Source: a virus
Lineage: Duplodnaviria > Caudoviricetes
Length of the DNA: 42,992 nucleotides
Reading direction: 5' to 3' (one strand)
Virus record (IMG/VR): IMGVR_UViG_3300048898_000130
Location: 1 to 42,992 of that record
Position numbers and translations under genes: made by a program. Positions 1 through 8,752 of this stretch are shown piece after piece; the first letter of the stretch is position 1; the number at the start of each line of letters is the position of its first letter. The notes below the pieces were generated by a model. It was not told where the DNA came from. It saw only the letters and a program-made list of their open reading frames with translations, and searched no databases.

Positions 1-127
1 CAAAGAGCAGCAGGCCGAGACCGTGGCGCAGAACACCAACATCAGCGTGGACGCAACGCTTGGGCAAGTCGCCCCTCAGCTTGCTCCCGATGCCGGCGCC
101 GTGCCTGGCGCAGCCCCACCCCCACCC
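1..127. repeat. Terminal direct repeat copy 1 (127 bp; assembly overlap of a circular or circularly permuted genome)
   Basis: 1-127 is identical to 42866-42992; 127 is a common assembler k-mer length; the portal ORF reads in frame through the join. Confidence 0.95.
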
Positions 128-217
128 GGAGCCATGAATGGCCAAGCCCTCCCCGGCATCCCCGCCCCCGGCGGCACCCCGCCCCTCAACACCGGCGCCG
201 CCCCCGGCATCGCCTAG
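1..217 (+). CDS. C-terminal end of the portal protein (continues from 41019 across the join)
   Basis: Frame of ORF 23..217 is continuous with the ORF starting at 41019; Pro/Gly/Ala-rich tail as in many portals. Confidence 0.8.
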   Translation, partial: KEQQAETVAQNTNISVDATLGQVAPQLAPDAGAVPGAAPPPPGAMNGQALPGIPAPGGTPPLNTGAAPGIA

Positions 218-1538
218 CCAGCAATCGGGCATCGTGCCCGGCTCGGTCGCGGCCAAGATCCACGCCCACGCGGAGGACGCAGCAGCGCAGCCGCAACCGA
301 AGGACATCAAGCGCGAGGCCAACGAGCGGAAGAACGCGGCCATCAAGGCGCGCATCGATGCTCACAAGACGGCAGCGGTGGAAGGCGCGGGGGTGGCAGA
401 GAGCGCAGACCCAAAAGGGAAGCCGTCACCTACTCCCAAGGTGGCATCAGAGCCCGCTGGGAAGTCTGGCCAGGACGCTTCCTCGAAGTCGACGTCCACG
501 AATGGGAAAGGCTCAGCGAGCACGAGCGCCGAATCATCGTCAGGCGAGCAGGCTGCCGAGGAAACCCCCGCTGAGAAGGCCGAGCGTGAGAAGCGCTACG
601 ACGTCAAGAGCATCCGGGACTGGGCCCGTAAGCACCCCGAGGAAGCGGCCGAGGTGGCCAAGCAAGTCTTCCACGTGGACGGCGATCTCAGTTCCGAGTG
701 GATCCGGGTGCAGAACAAGTTCCGCAAGCGACAGACCGCCTTGGAAGAGCGCGAGCGCGAGATCACCGCCCGCATCGACGCGCACGAGAAGGAGTCGAAG
801 GAGACCCTCGACGCGCTCGACCCGATCGCCAACCTATTTCAAGCCGTGAATCCCGACCGCGGGCAGGACGGGGCCAAGTTCGATCCGAAGAAGATCGACT
901 TTGACGCGGCAGACCAGGCCTTTCAGGACCTGACCGGGGTCGCAATCGACGAGTACATGCGGCACCGGGCTCGAAAGGGCGTAGCCATCAGCCCCGAGGC
1001 GCGCGCACTCAAACTCGAGAACGAGCAACTGAAGAAGAAGCTCGAGAAGGCCGCCCCCGAGGAAGCGAAGGACGACAAGCCGAAGGCCAAGGCAGAGCCC
1101 GAGACGGCGTCGAACAAGTGGGAGAGCGACATCCCCGAAGAGCACGCGCTACGGCAGTTTGCGGGCTGGCAGAAGGAACTGTCCAAGGCCATGGCGCCCT
1201 ATCACGATCCGGTGATGGACGAGTACTCGAAAGACCCAGAGGTCGTTGCCGACGCATTGCTCCTGCGCAAGGTGAAGGAGTTCGAACTCGAGGAGCCCGA
1301 GGTCGAGGTCAAACCGAAGCCCAAGCCAGTAGCAGCGCGCGCGCCAGCTCCCGCACCGAAGCCCAAGGCCCCGGCACTCGACGAGCTCATTCCGTCGGAC
1401 GCCTACGCCTACCGCAAGCCCGCGCCCAAGAACGGGCATGAGACCGAGCCCGCCGTGCCCGGAGACTTCGCGTCCCGCAAGCGCAAGGCCATGGAGCGCC
1501 ACACCGCACGCATGCGGGGGGAGTTGGTCGATGACTGA
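138..1538 (+). CDS. Putative capsid scaffolding protein (true start may lie downstream of the portal stop at 217)
   Basis: Between portal and capsid; low-complexity charged N-terminus and coiled-coil segments. Confidence 0.6.
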   Translation: MAKPSPASPPPAAPRPSTPAPPPASPSQQSGIVPGSVAAKIHAHAEDAAAQPQPKDIKREANERKNAAIKARIDAHKTAAVEGAGVAESADPKGKPSPTPKVASEPAGKSGQDASSKSTSTNGKGSASTSAESSSGEQAAEETPAEKAEREKRYDVKSIRDWARKHPEEAAEVAKQVFHVDGDLSSEWIRVQNKFRKRQTALEEREREITARIDAHEKESKETLDALDPIANLFQAVNPDRGQDGAKFDPKKIDFDAADQAFQDLTGVAIDEYMRHRARKGVAISPEARALKLENEQLKKKLEKAAPEEAKDDKPKAKAEPETASNKWESDIPEEHALRQFAGWQKELSKAMAPYHDPVMDEYSKDPEVVADALLLRKVKEFELEEPEVEVKPKPKPVAARAPAPAPKPKAPALDELIPSDAYAYRKPAPKNGHETEPAVPGDFASRKRKAMERHTARMRGELVDD

Positions 1539-1893
1539 CATCCGCTCGCGGCATCCGTTCCCAGACATCGAGGAGCGCGCCCCGCTGGCCACCGTCGAAG
1601 TGGGCTGGATCCTGAGCGAGGCCGCGCATCGAGCGTCGACCGCTACCCGACCGATCATGCAGACCGTCGTCCATCCCGCGCAGTACGAGCGCATCCGCGA
1701 GGAACTCGAGACTCGCCACGAGCGCCGCAAGGGCGTCGCCACCTTCACCCCGCACGCGGACCTGCCCGAAGGTCCTGGCCTCCGACGCCGCCTCGTGAAA
1801 CAACGCCAGCGCCCCGGCGCGCTCGATGTGGAACTGCGCCGGCTGCAGAAGGCCCAGCTCCGCGCGAAAGGAATCCGATGCAAAAGCCCATGA
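1531..1893 (+). CDS. Hypothetical protein (MTDIRSRHPF...)
   Basis: ATG overlaps the upstream stop region; GGGGAG upstream. Confidence 0.6.
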   Translation: MTDIRSRHPFPDIEERAPLATVEVGWILSEAAHRASTATRPIMQTVVHPAQYERIREELETRHERRKGVATFTPHADLPEGPGLRRRLVKQRQRPGALDVELRRLQKAQLRAKGIRCKSP

Positions 1894-2417
1894 TGGATCT
1901 CGAGGGTCTCATCCCTCAGCACTCGGTGGTGAGCGAGGCCGAGAACGCCACGCGCGCCTTTCACGCCGTGCGCAAGGTGGTCAAAGAGCAGGGCCAGGTG
2001 ATGTCCGCGGCCCTGGAAAACAACGCGAGCCTCTGGGAGACGAACAAGCGCCTCCGGAGGGACATCGAGCTCACCCGCGAGACAGCCCAGCGCCTCGAGC
2101 GCGAGAGGAACCACTTCAAGAGCCTGCTCGACGCGATCCCCGTCGAGATGCAGGAGCGGCTGTTGCTCTTGGGCGAAAACAACGACGTCAAGCGCGAGAA
2201 TGAGGACCTGCGCACGGCCAACCGCGAGCTCCGGGAGATGCTGATCCGCACGGTCACCCCCGAGCTCGACACCGAGCAGCGCCAACAGAAGCTCGAGCAG
2301 ATGAAGCGCCAGCAGGAGGAGTTGCTCGCGACGGGCCTGGTACCTACACCGGAGGAATTGGCCGAGCGGGATCGCTTGCTCGCGCTTGACACGGCCGGCC
2401 CCGTAGTTCAGCATTGA
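1890..2417 (+). CDS. Hypothetical coiled-coil protein
   Basis: ATGA overlap with upstream gene; heptad-like E/R/L pattern. Confidence 0.65.
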   Translation: MMDLEGLIPQHSVVSEAENATRAFHAVRKVVKEQGQVMSAALENNASLWETNKRLRRDIELTRETAQRLERERNHFKSLLDAIPVEMQERLLLLGENNDVKRENEDLRTANRELREMLIRTVTPELDTEQRQQKLEQMKRQQEELLATGLVPTPEELAERDRLLALDTAGPVVQH

Positions 2418-2419
2418 CA

Positions 2420-2558
2420 CACCTGCCGGGAGCTGACCCCGGAGCGCCATTCGGGGCAATCCCTCCCGAGTAACCCGCGCCCGGGTAGGCCCTTTGGGGC
2501 AGAGGCGAGCGACACCACGGCATGAACGTGGCCCTCACCTCTGACCTGCGAAGGGCAC
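2420..2558 (+). promoter_or_regulatory. Structured leader upstream of the capsid gene
   Basis: Nested stems GCCCTT(2489-94)/AAGGGC(2551-56), CAGAGG(2500-05)/CCTCTG(2538-43), CCACG(2515-19)/CGTGG(2527-31), plus a stem pairing ~2422-30 with ~2480-89. Confidence 0.5.
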
Positions 2559-2562
2559 ACCC

Positions 2563-3942
2563 TTGTCCAAATTCCTCGATGCGTTCGCGCACGACCTATT
2601 CCCCGATGAGCGCTCGTTCCAAGCGTTCTCCTTCGTCAAGCGGCCCGTGCTCGCGAAGATGGAGCAGAAGGTCCACAACAGCGTGGGCGCCACCTGGAGT
2701 TACCCCTGCCTCGTGCAGGCCTCCATCGCGCAGGGCACCACGCGTGCCGGCGTGCAGGAGATGGCAGCCCAGGCCAACGACATCGCCAACTTCGACGGCG
2801 AGCAGTTCCAACTGGGCTACTTCCCGCCCGGGTACAAGGGAGGGTTCCTCATCAGCGAGTTCGACATGGCGCTCACCGAGAGCGCGGGAGGCGTGCCCGA
2901 CGGCGCCTACATGGAGAACTTCGCGATCAAGATGCAGGAGCAGCCGAAGGAGTTTGGCCAGCGCCAAGAGCGCTACTTCATCGGCAAGAGCGGCAAGAGC
3001 CTGGCGCTCACCACGGCCAACGGCGTCTCGGCCACCATCACCACCACGAACTTCACCACCGGTCGCATCCAGTTAGCCGATCCGCTGCAGATTGGCGCCT
3101 TCCGCCACGCGCAGATCCTGAACGCCTCGACCAGTGACGCATCTACGCCGTCCTCCGCGGCGCTGCTCGGCTCGGGTGACGACCAGAAGATCTACATCCG
3201 CGGGCTCGACATCGACAATGGGCGCCTGTACGTCTCGGCGACCTCGGGCGGCACCGTGGGCCACGCGGCGATGGCTGCAGCGGCGGGCACGAGCGCGGTG
3301 TACCTCTTCAACTACACCGATTTCCAAGGCAGCTCCGGCTACACGCCGAACGTCATGCCGCCCTCGGTGCAGGACTTCATCCCGAGCACGGCGTTTGACC
3401 CGAGCAATGCGATCTACTCGACCAGCTTCAACGGCGTGACGCGGTCCCGAGACTCTCGCCTTGCCGGTTGGCGCCTTCCAGTGGTTGCCGGCGAGGCCCT
3501 GGACACGGTCATCCTCCGGGCGCTCGAGCGTGCCTACCAGCTGCACGGGGTGGATGGGACCTACTCGGTCATCATGAGCCCCCAGCGCTGGACGCAGCTC
3601 TTTCAGATCGGCACCTCACGCGGCTACCGGCTGCTCACCGGGGAGACCGCGACCATCGGCTACAAGTACATCGAGCTCGTCTGGGGCGAGATGCGGGCGG
3701 AGTGCCTGCCGTGCCCCAGCATGGCATCGGGAGACTTGTTCTTCCTGAAAATGGAGGACGACGGCTGGTGCGTGCGCTCGCTCGGCGGGTGGCCCGAGAT
3801 CATGAAGGGTGACGGCCTGAAGATGCTCCGGCTCTCGGCGGACGACCTCTACGAGCTGCGCACCCGGGCGTTCTTCCACTTTGGCGTCCGAGGCATCAAC
3901 CAGAACGGCCGCGCAGACATCAGCGGCATCGGCACCACCTAA
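2563..3942 (+). CDS. Major capsid protein (putative, TTG start)
   Basis: 459 aa, follows portal and scaffold, strong codon bias; fold not verified. Confidence 0.75.
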   Translation: MSKFLDAFAHDLFPDERSFQAFSFVKRPVLAKMEQKVHNSVGATWSYPCLVQASIAQGTTRAGVQEMAAQANDIANFDGEQFQLGYFPPGYKGGFLISEFDMALTESAGGVPDGAYMENFAIKMQEQPKEFGQRQERYFIGKSGKSLALTTANGVSATITTTNFTTGRIQLADPLQIGAFRHAQILNASTSDASTPSSAALLGSGDDQKIYIRGLDIDNGRLYVSATSGGTVGHAAMAAAAGTSAVYLFNYTDFQGSSGYTPNVMPPSVQDFIPSTAFDPSNAIYSTSFNGVTRSRDSRLAGWRLPVVAGEALDTVILRALERAYQLHGVDGTYSVIMSPQRWTQLFQIGTSRGYRLLTGETATIGYKYIELVWGEMRAECLPCPSMASGDLFFLKMEDDGWCVRSLGGWPEIMKGDGLKMLRLSADDLYELRTRAFFHFGVRGINQNGRADISGIGTT

Positions 3943-4361
3943 TGAGCAGCAGCGCCGCGCGCATCCTCGCCCAAAGCGTGGGCAACCTGCTCAATGGCTT
4001 TCCCGGCTGGCGTCAGCCGGTGCACTGCCGCGCTCAGGCCACCGTCGGGGCCACGGGCGCGGTCACGATGGTCGCGGCCAAGACGACGCCGGGCCTGGCC
4101 ATCACCCGCTCGACCACGGGCGTCTACGACCTCACGTTTCCGCCCTGCCGAGACGCCACGGCCTTCGTCTTCAACATCCGCACGGCCGCCCCCGAGACCG
4201 CGTCGAACATCTACTACGCCGTGATTGAGGAAGACGACACGGTCACGCTCGCGTCCCTCGGGACCGTGCGCTTTCGCAGTGTCGCGGCCGACGATGGGGT
4301 CGACGAGGACGGCGAGGACGGCAGCCGGATCGACATCACCTTTTGGGCCGACCTCGGCTGA
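3942..4361 (+). CDS. Putative virion structural protein (decoration-like)
   Basis: Coupled to capsid gene (TAATG); beta-rich, Thr/Ala/Val-rich. Confidence 0.55.
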   Translation: MSSSAARILAQSVGNLLNGFPGWRQPVHCRAQATVGATGAVTMVAAKTTPGLAITRSTTGVYDLTFPPCRDATAFVFNIRTAAPETASNIYYAVIEEDDTVTLASLGTVRFRSVAADDGVDEDGEDGSRIDITFWADLG

Positions 4362-4373
4362 ACGGAAACCACC

Positions 4374-4943
4374 ATGGGAACAGCAGCAGTCGTAACCAAT
4401 AGCCTCATCGGCAGCCTCGACATGAACGTCATCGATGGTGGCCCGGCTACCATCCTCAACCAGGCCATCAACAACGATCCGGAGGCCCTCCGGAGGCTCG
4501 CCGACACCTACACGTTCCAGGTCGCCGCCGAGACCAGTTCCAACAACGACCCGGTCACGGTGGTGAACCTCAACACGCAGGGCCTGACCTGGGTGGGCGA
4601 CAACAACTTCCGCAACATCACCACCAAGGCCTGGTGGAGGAACGTCGCGGGGACCACCTTCGGCTATTCGGAGAACGTCACGACCGTGAAGGGCTCGGCG
4701 GCAGGGACCACCCCCGTGCTCAGCGTCGCGGGCCTACAGACCATCGCCAACGATCGCACCTACCGTGTGCGCAACATGATGACCACGACCAACGTGACGC
4801 CGGTGTTCCCCATCGCGGCCACGCAAATCTCGAGCGCCTCGGTGGTCGTGCGCTGCCAGGGAGCGGTGGCGGGTCAGGATCTTCGTTGGCTCGTAGAGGT
4901 GGACGTGGGCCCGCTGAAGGTTGTACCCGTAGCCGTTACATGA
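4374..4943 (+). CDS. Putative virion structural protein
   Basis: Thr/Val/Asn-rich beta-type sequence in the head operon. Confidence 0.55.
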   Translation: MGTAAVVTNSLIGSLDMNVIDGGPATILNQAINNDPEALRRLADTYTFQVAAETSSNNDPVTVVNLNTQGLTWVGDNNFRNITTKAWWRNVAGTTFGYSENVTTVKGSAAGTTPVLSVAGLQTIANDRTYRVRNMMTTTNVTPVFPIAATQISSASVVVRCQGAVAGQDLRWLVEVDVGPLKVVPVAVT

Positions 4944-6490
4944 TCGTCTCCACCACGCTCGCTGGCCCGGGTGCAGAGCAGACCCTCGGGGATGCCCTCC
5001 GCTCGGCAGCGCCGCTGGTGGACGGCTTTCTAGTCATCTTCTCGGGGTGCGATCCGGAGGCCGTGGCCAGCCTGGCGCAGCAGATCGCGGTCGAGACGGG
5101 CAAGACCCTCGCCTTGCAGCACCTCGCCTGGCCTGACGACTACGGCAAGGCGCGCAACTTCGCGCTCGAGGCAGCGGAGACTCTCGGCGCGGGCTGGGCC
5201 TGCACGCTCGACTGCGACGAGCGCCTGCAGATCGACCCGTCCGAACTCTCGGCGCTCGCGATGCCGGAGTTCGACGTCATTTGCGTGCACGACCGGGATC
5301 TGCTCTATCAAAAGCCGCGCTTCATCCGGTGCGGGGTCGGGGCCCGTTGGTACGGCATCGTCCATGAGCGCCTGACGGCTCCGGGTCAACAGGGCAGCAT
5401 CCCGGGGTGCTTCTGGGAGCTCCCGAAGAACGCGTTGTCGGAGGAGAAGCGCTGGCAGCGCGGGCTGATTGCCGTGCCGAAGATGCTTGCAGAGCGCGAG
5501 TGCCCGAGTCTTCGGCGGCACTACGCCGAATGCCTGCTCTCGGCCGGCAGGGACGACGAGGCACGCGAGCAGTTTGCGCAGGTCCTGGAAGCCCCAGGGA
5601 CGCCGCTCTACGAGCAGACCTGGTGCCAGTACCGGTTGGCGGAGTTCGCCGCGGTGGCAGGGCGCTACGAGGTCGCCCGGGGCATCGCGGCCAAGGCCCT
5701 GGCAAAGGATCCGGGGTTCATCCAAGAGCTCGGCTGGGTCATGGCGCACTGCGCGGCCAAGCTCCGGGAGTTCCAGACGGCGGCCTTGTGGGCAGACTAC
5801 GCCTTGCGGGCCCCCATCGACTACAGCCGGGGCGGCCACCGGGGCTCGACCTGGCGCAGGGGCTGTGAGGAGCTCCTCTCTCGCATCCAGGAGGCGGCCG
5901 AGCGACAGGGCAAGCCCGTGGCGTTCGGTCCCGAGCACTTCGCGGCGCGGCGCGAGTACGCGGAGGAGTACCGGGAGCTGGCGCGCTCGCTGGTCCAGAC
6001 GCTGTCTTTCGCGAGCCACCTCGACTTGGGCGCCGGCAACGGACTGCTGGTCGAGGCCATGACCCTCGAGCAAGTGGTCTCATGCGGCATCGAGGCGAGC
6101 ACCGAGGCCGAGGCGCAGACCACCGAAAGCGTCGCGGCCCGCATTCGCTACGGACTCGGCGTCGAGAACTGGGCTCCGGGCGAGATGACCTGTGACCTCG
6201 TCTCCTGCGTCGAAGTGCTCGAGCACCTGCCCGAATCCCAAGCCACCGAAGCCGTCGCGACCATCTGCGCCCGGTCGAGCCGCTACGTCTACTTCAGCGC
6301 GGCCCAACCGGGTCAGGGCGGCATCGGGCACGTGAACGAGCAGCCCGAGAGCTACTGGATCGGCAAGTTCCTGGGGCAGGGCATGAGCCTCGACACCGAG
6401 GCGACCGAGACCCTGCGCAAAAAGCTTCAGCCGCTCGAGCGCTGCTGGTGGCTCGCCCGAAACGCGCTCATCTTCCGGAGGATCGACTAA
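4940..6490 (+). CDS. Glycosyltransferase (GT-A/GT2-like) - TPR-like - class I SAM methyltransferase fusion, 516 aa
   Basis: DYGKARNFAL and LDCDERL (DxD), PRFIR...WYGIVHERL; helical middle; HLDLGAGNG (motif I), DLVSCVEVLEHL, GHVNEQPESYW; ATGA overlap fixes the start at 4940. Confidence 0.85.
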   Translation: MIVSTTLAGPGAEQTLGDALRSAAPLVDGFLVIFSGCDPEAVASLAQQIAVETGKTLALQHLAWPDDYGKARNFALEAAETLGAGWACTLDCDERLQIDPSELSALAMPEFDVICVHDRDLLYQKPRFIRCGVGARWYGIVHERLTAPGQQGSIPGCFWELPKNALSEEKRWQRGLIAVPKMLAERECPSLRRHYAECLLSAGRDDEAREQFAQVLEAPGTPLYEQTWCQYRLAEFAAVAGRYEVARGIAAKALAKDPGFIQELGWVMAHCAAKLREFQTAALWADYALRAPIDYSRGGHRGSTWRRGCEELLSRIQEAAERQGKPVAFGPEHFAARREYAEEYRELARSLVQTLSFASHLDLGAGNGLLVEAMTLEQVVSCGIEASTEAEAQTTESVAARIRYGLGVENWAPGEMTCDLVSCVEVLEHLPESQATEAVATICARSSRYVYFSAAQPGQGGIGHVNEQPESYWIGKFLGQGMSLDTEATETLRKKLQPLERCWWLARNALIFRRID

Positions 6491-7089
6491 TGGGCGGCTC
6501 GAATCAAATGCTCGAGGCGGGGAACATCTCCGTCTCGTCTCCCTACTGGATCAGCGGCAAGACGGGCACGCTCACGGCACGCGCTGCCGGCGACAAGATC
6601 GCATGCCTGGTGAACTTCGGGATGATCCCGGAGCAGGACCCGCTCGGCACGCTGAAGAACACGCCCATCAACGTCAGCCAGGTGCGACTGAAGTACGTGC
6701 CCATGACCACGCCGGCCACCAATGGCGTGGCGTTCGAAGTGCACAAGGGCACGGCCACCGTCCAGCACACGACCGGCGGCAACGCGCTCGCTCCCCAACG
6801 GCGTAAAACGAGCGGCTACAAGGCGCTCACGACCACCGAGGTCAGCCTGTACATCGCCACCACGGGAGCCATCAGCGGCGGCAACTTTGCCCTCGTGGCC
6901 GATGCCCTGCAGCCGTTCGACGTCATGACGCTCGGGGCCTCCACGGGGCTGTCCGGTGGCGAGAGCATCTGGATCCCGGGGGATGCCTGTCCCTTGATCC
7001 TCGAGCAGGGCGAGGCCTGTGAGATTCGCACCACCGCGCACTCGGGCACGGGCATTCTATTTGTGGCCTTCGACTTTCTGAGGCAGTGA
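6490..7089 (+). CDS. Putative virion structural protein
   Basis: TAATG coupling; beta-rich; structural operon. Confidence 0.55.
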   Translation: MGGSNQMLEAGNISVSSPYWISGKTGTLTARAAGDKIACLVNFGMIPEQDPLGTLKNTPINVSQVRLKYVPMTTPATNGVAFEVHKGTATVQHTTGGNALAPQRRKTSGYKALTTTEVSLYIATTGAISGGNFALVADALQPFDVMTLGASTGLSGGESIWIPGDACPLILEQGEACEIRTTAHSGTGILFVAFDFLRQ

Positions 7090-7961
7090 TGCGGGCTCGA
7101 CCGCGATCGCTCGCCCTGCTCGGTCGCTCTCGGGGCGGTGGCGGGTCTGCGCCGTTCATCGATGCGACGGCCCGCTCGTTCCTGCCTCAGGACGTGCCCG
7201 AGGTGTCCAAGGGCTACTTCTGGGAAGCGGCAGGGTCGATTGGCTTTGGTACCGCGGATTTCCGCGTCCGGGAGGGCAACGGGCACTCGACCTTCGACTT
7301 GGTCCAGTCGACCGTTGCCAATCAGCCCACGCTGCTCGCGGAGAACGGGGGGACGCAGTTTCGGCACCGTAATGCAGCGAATGCTAGCCCCACTAGCAAC
7401 ATCAAAACCGCGGCAGCCGTCACCGCTGGCTGGACGGGCCCGACCTACGTGGGGATGTGGACTCGGGTGCCAGACGCTTCGGGCGACATCACGAGCGCCG
7501 GTAACGCGTTCTTCTGGCACCACACCACTGTGGCGCCGAATCTGAGGCTGGCCCTGGGTCTCGCCGTCGGTACGCCGGACTTGATGCAGCCGACGTTTTC
7601 GCAAGACGGGACCGCGAGCGGCACGGCACGGTGCGCATTGTGGGGGAACGCAAATTGGAAGTGGGTGGAGTTCGTTTTCGACCCGCTGCTGACCTTGGGC
7701 GGCTCGACCAAAGACGACAAGCTGAAGTGGTTTTTCGACTTCGTCTCGCAGACCATCACGACGCCGCCGACGCCTGACTTTACGGCCATTAAAGACGCGA
7801 GCGCCGTGATCGGCATTTGCTGCCGGCTCTCCACCGGCAATGCCAACGTCGACACCACCGACTGGGCCGCCTGCTACTACGCCAACGGCATTCCGAGCCT
7901 GGCCGATCGCGTGAGGCTCGCCAACTACCGCAACCCGACGGGCGTGTTGCTTGCAGCGTGA
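7086..7961 (+). CDS. Putative virion protein with lectin/jelly-roll-like character
   Basis: Trp/Thr/Gly-rich beta pattern (TYVGMWTR, WKWVEFVFD); fold is an inference. Confidence 0.45.
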   Translation: MMRARPRSLALLGRSRGGGGSAPFIDATARSFLPQDVPEVSKGYFWEAAGSIGFGTADFRVREGNGHSTFDLVQSTVANQPTLLAENGGTQFRHRNAANASPTSNIKTAAAVTAGWTGPTYVGMWTRVPDASGDITSAGNAFFWHHTTVAPNLRLALGLAVGTPDLMQPTFSQDGTASGTARCALWGNANWKWVEFVFDPLLTLGGSTKDDKLKWFFDFVSQTITTPPTPDFTAIKDASAVIGICCRLSTGNANVDTTDWAACYYANGIPSLADRVRLANYRNPTGVLLAA

Positions 7962-7970
7962 GGAGCGCCA

Positions 7971-8750
7971 ATGACCTTCCAGTTCCGCGCCCTGTCCGAC
8001 ATCGAAGCCGATATCACCTACCGGTTTTCGATCGGCGGGGTGACTGCGCGTCACCCGAGCACGCGCATCCGGCAACTGTGGAACGTGGGCTGGCAGGAGC
8101 TCCGGGAGATGGTCTCGGGCCTGAACGATGGCAGCTACCTAAAAGCCACGAGCCCCGCCACGTTCGCGAGCGTGAGTGCCACCACCGCGGCCGTGACGGG
8201 GGAGGTCTATTCGGAGATCGACTGGCCCCTCTCCGCGATCGGCATCTACGGCGTGCGGGTCCTGACCTCCACCCGTTGGTATCCCCTCAAGCGCATTCCC
8301 TGGGCAGCGTACCAGGATTACCAGTACGAGGCCTTCTTAGAGAGCATCACCGGATCGCGCGGACCGGTCGCCTACATCCCGAGGCTCATCCCCACGGGAG
8401 TCGGCTCGACCGAGACCGTGGGCAAGATCATGATCCTGCCCGTGCCCGCTTCCGGCTCCTATCGGCTCTGGTATCTCGAGGCCTGGCAGGCGCTCACGGC
8501 CGACACCGACAAGTTCAGCGGGCATGCGGAGTTCATCGAGTGGAACATCCACAATGTCCTCCTCAAGATGCTCTCGCCCGACGGCAACAGCGGCGACCAG
8601 TACGCGATGTGGAAGGACGCTCTCGCCCGGTGTCAGGACCGCATCGAGACCCGCGCCAGAAGGCTCGACTCCGGCACGAGCTCCGAGCCTCGGGACGCGC
8701 GCAACGACGGTTTCGACCCGGACCAATGGGGCGAGTTCGGTAGGAGCTGA
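7971..8750 (+). CDS. Putative head-tail adaptor
   Basis: AGGAG SD; N-terminal helices, central beta region and C-terminal helices; size and position fit podovirus adaptors. Confidence 0.55.
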   Translation: MTFQFRALSDIEADITYRFSIGGVTARHPSTRIRQLWNVGWQELREMVSGLNDGSYLKATSPATFASVSATTAAVTGEVYSEIDWPLSAIGIYGVRVLTSTRWYPLKRIPWAAYQDYQYEAFLESITGSRGPVAYIPRLIPTGVGSTETVGKIMILPVPASGSYRLWYLEAWQALTADTDKFSGHAEFIEWNIHNVLLKMLSPDGNSGDQYAMWKDALARCQDRIETRARRLDSGTSSEPRDARNDGFDPDQWGEFGRS

Positions 8751-8752
8751 GG

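Noticed and set aside
1-127. Terminal repeat as a biological phage DTR
   Set aside because: It falls mid-portal and its 127-bp length matches a typical assembler k-mer, so it indicates circularity only
1435-1449. 15-bp match GGGCATGAGACCGAG with ~13546-13560
   Set aside because: Both copies lie inside coding sequence (GHETE) with no other shared context; chance is plausible
1149-2459. Long antisense or off-frame ORFs (also 5030-6073, 9118-10158, 16121-17347, 30252-31685, 34548-36344, 39417-40580, 40998-42218)
   Set aside because: Shadows of real genes in high-GC DNA; no motifs and they overlap well-supported CDSs
4634-4939. N-terminal extension of the glycosyltransferase in the ORF track
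   Set aside because: Overlaps gene 4374-4943 in another frame; ATGA coupling supports 4940
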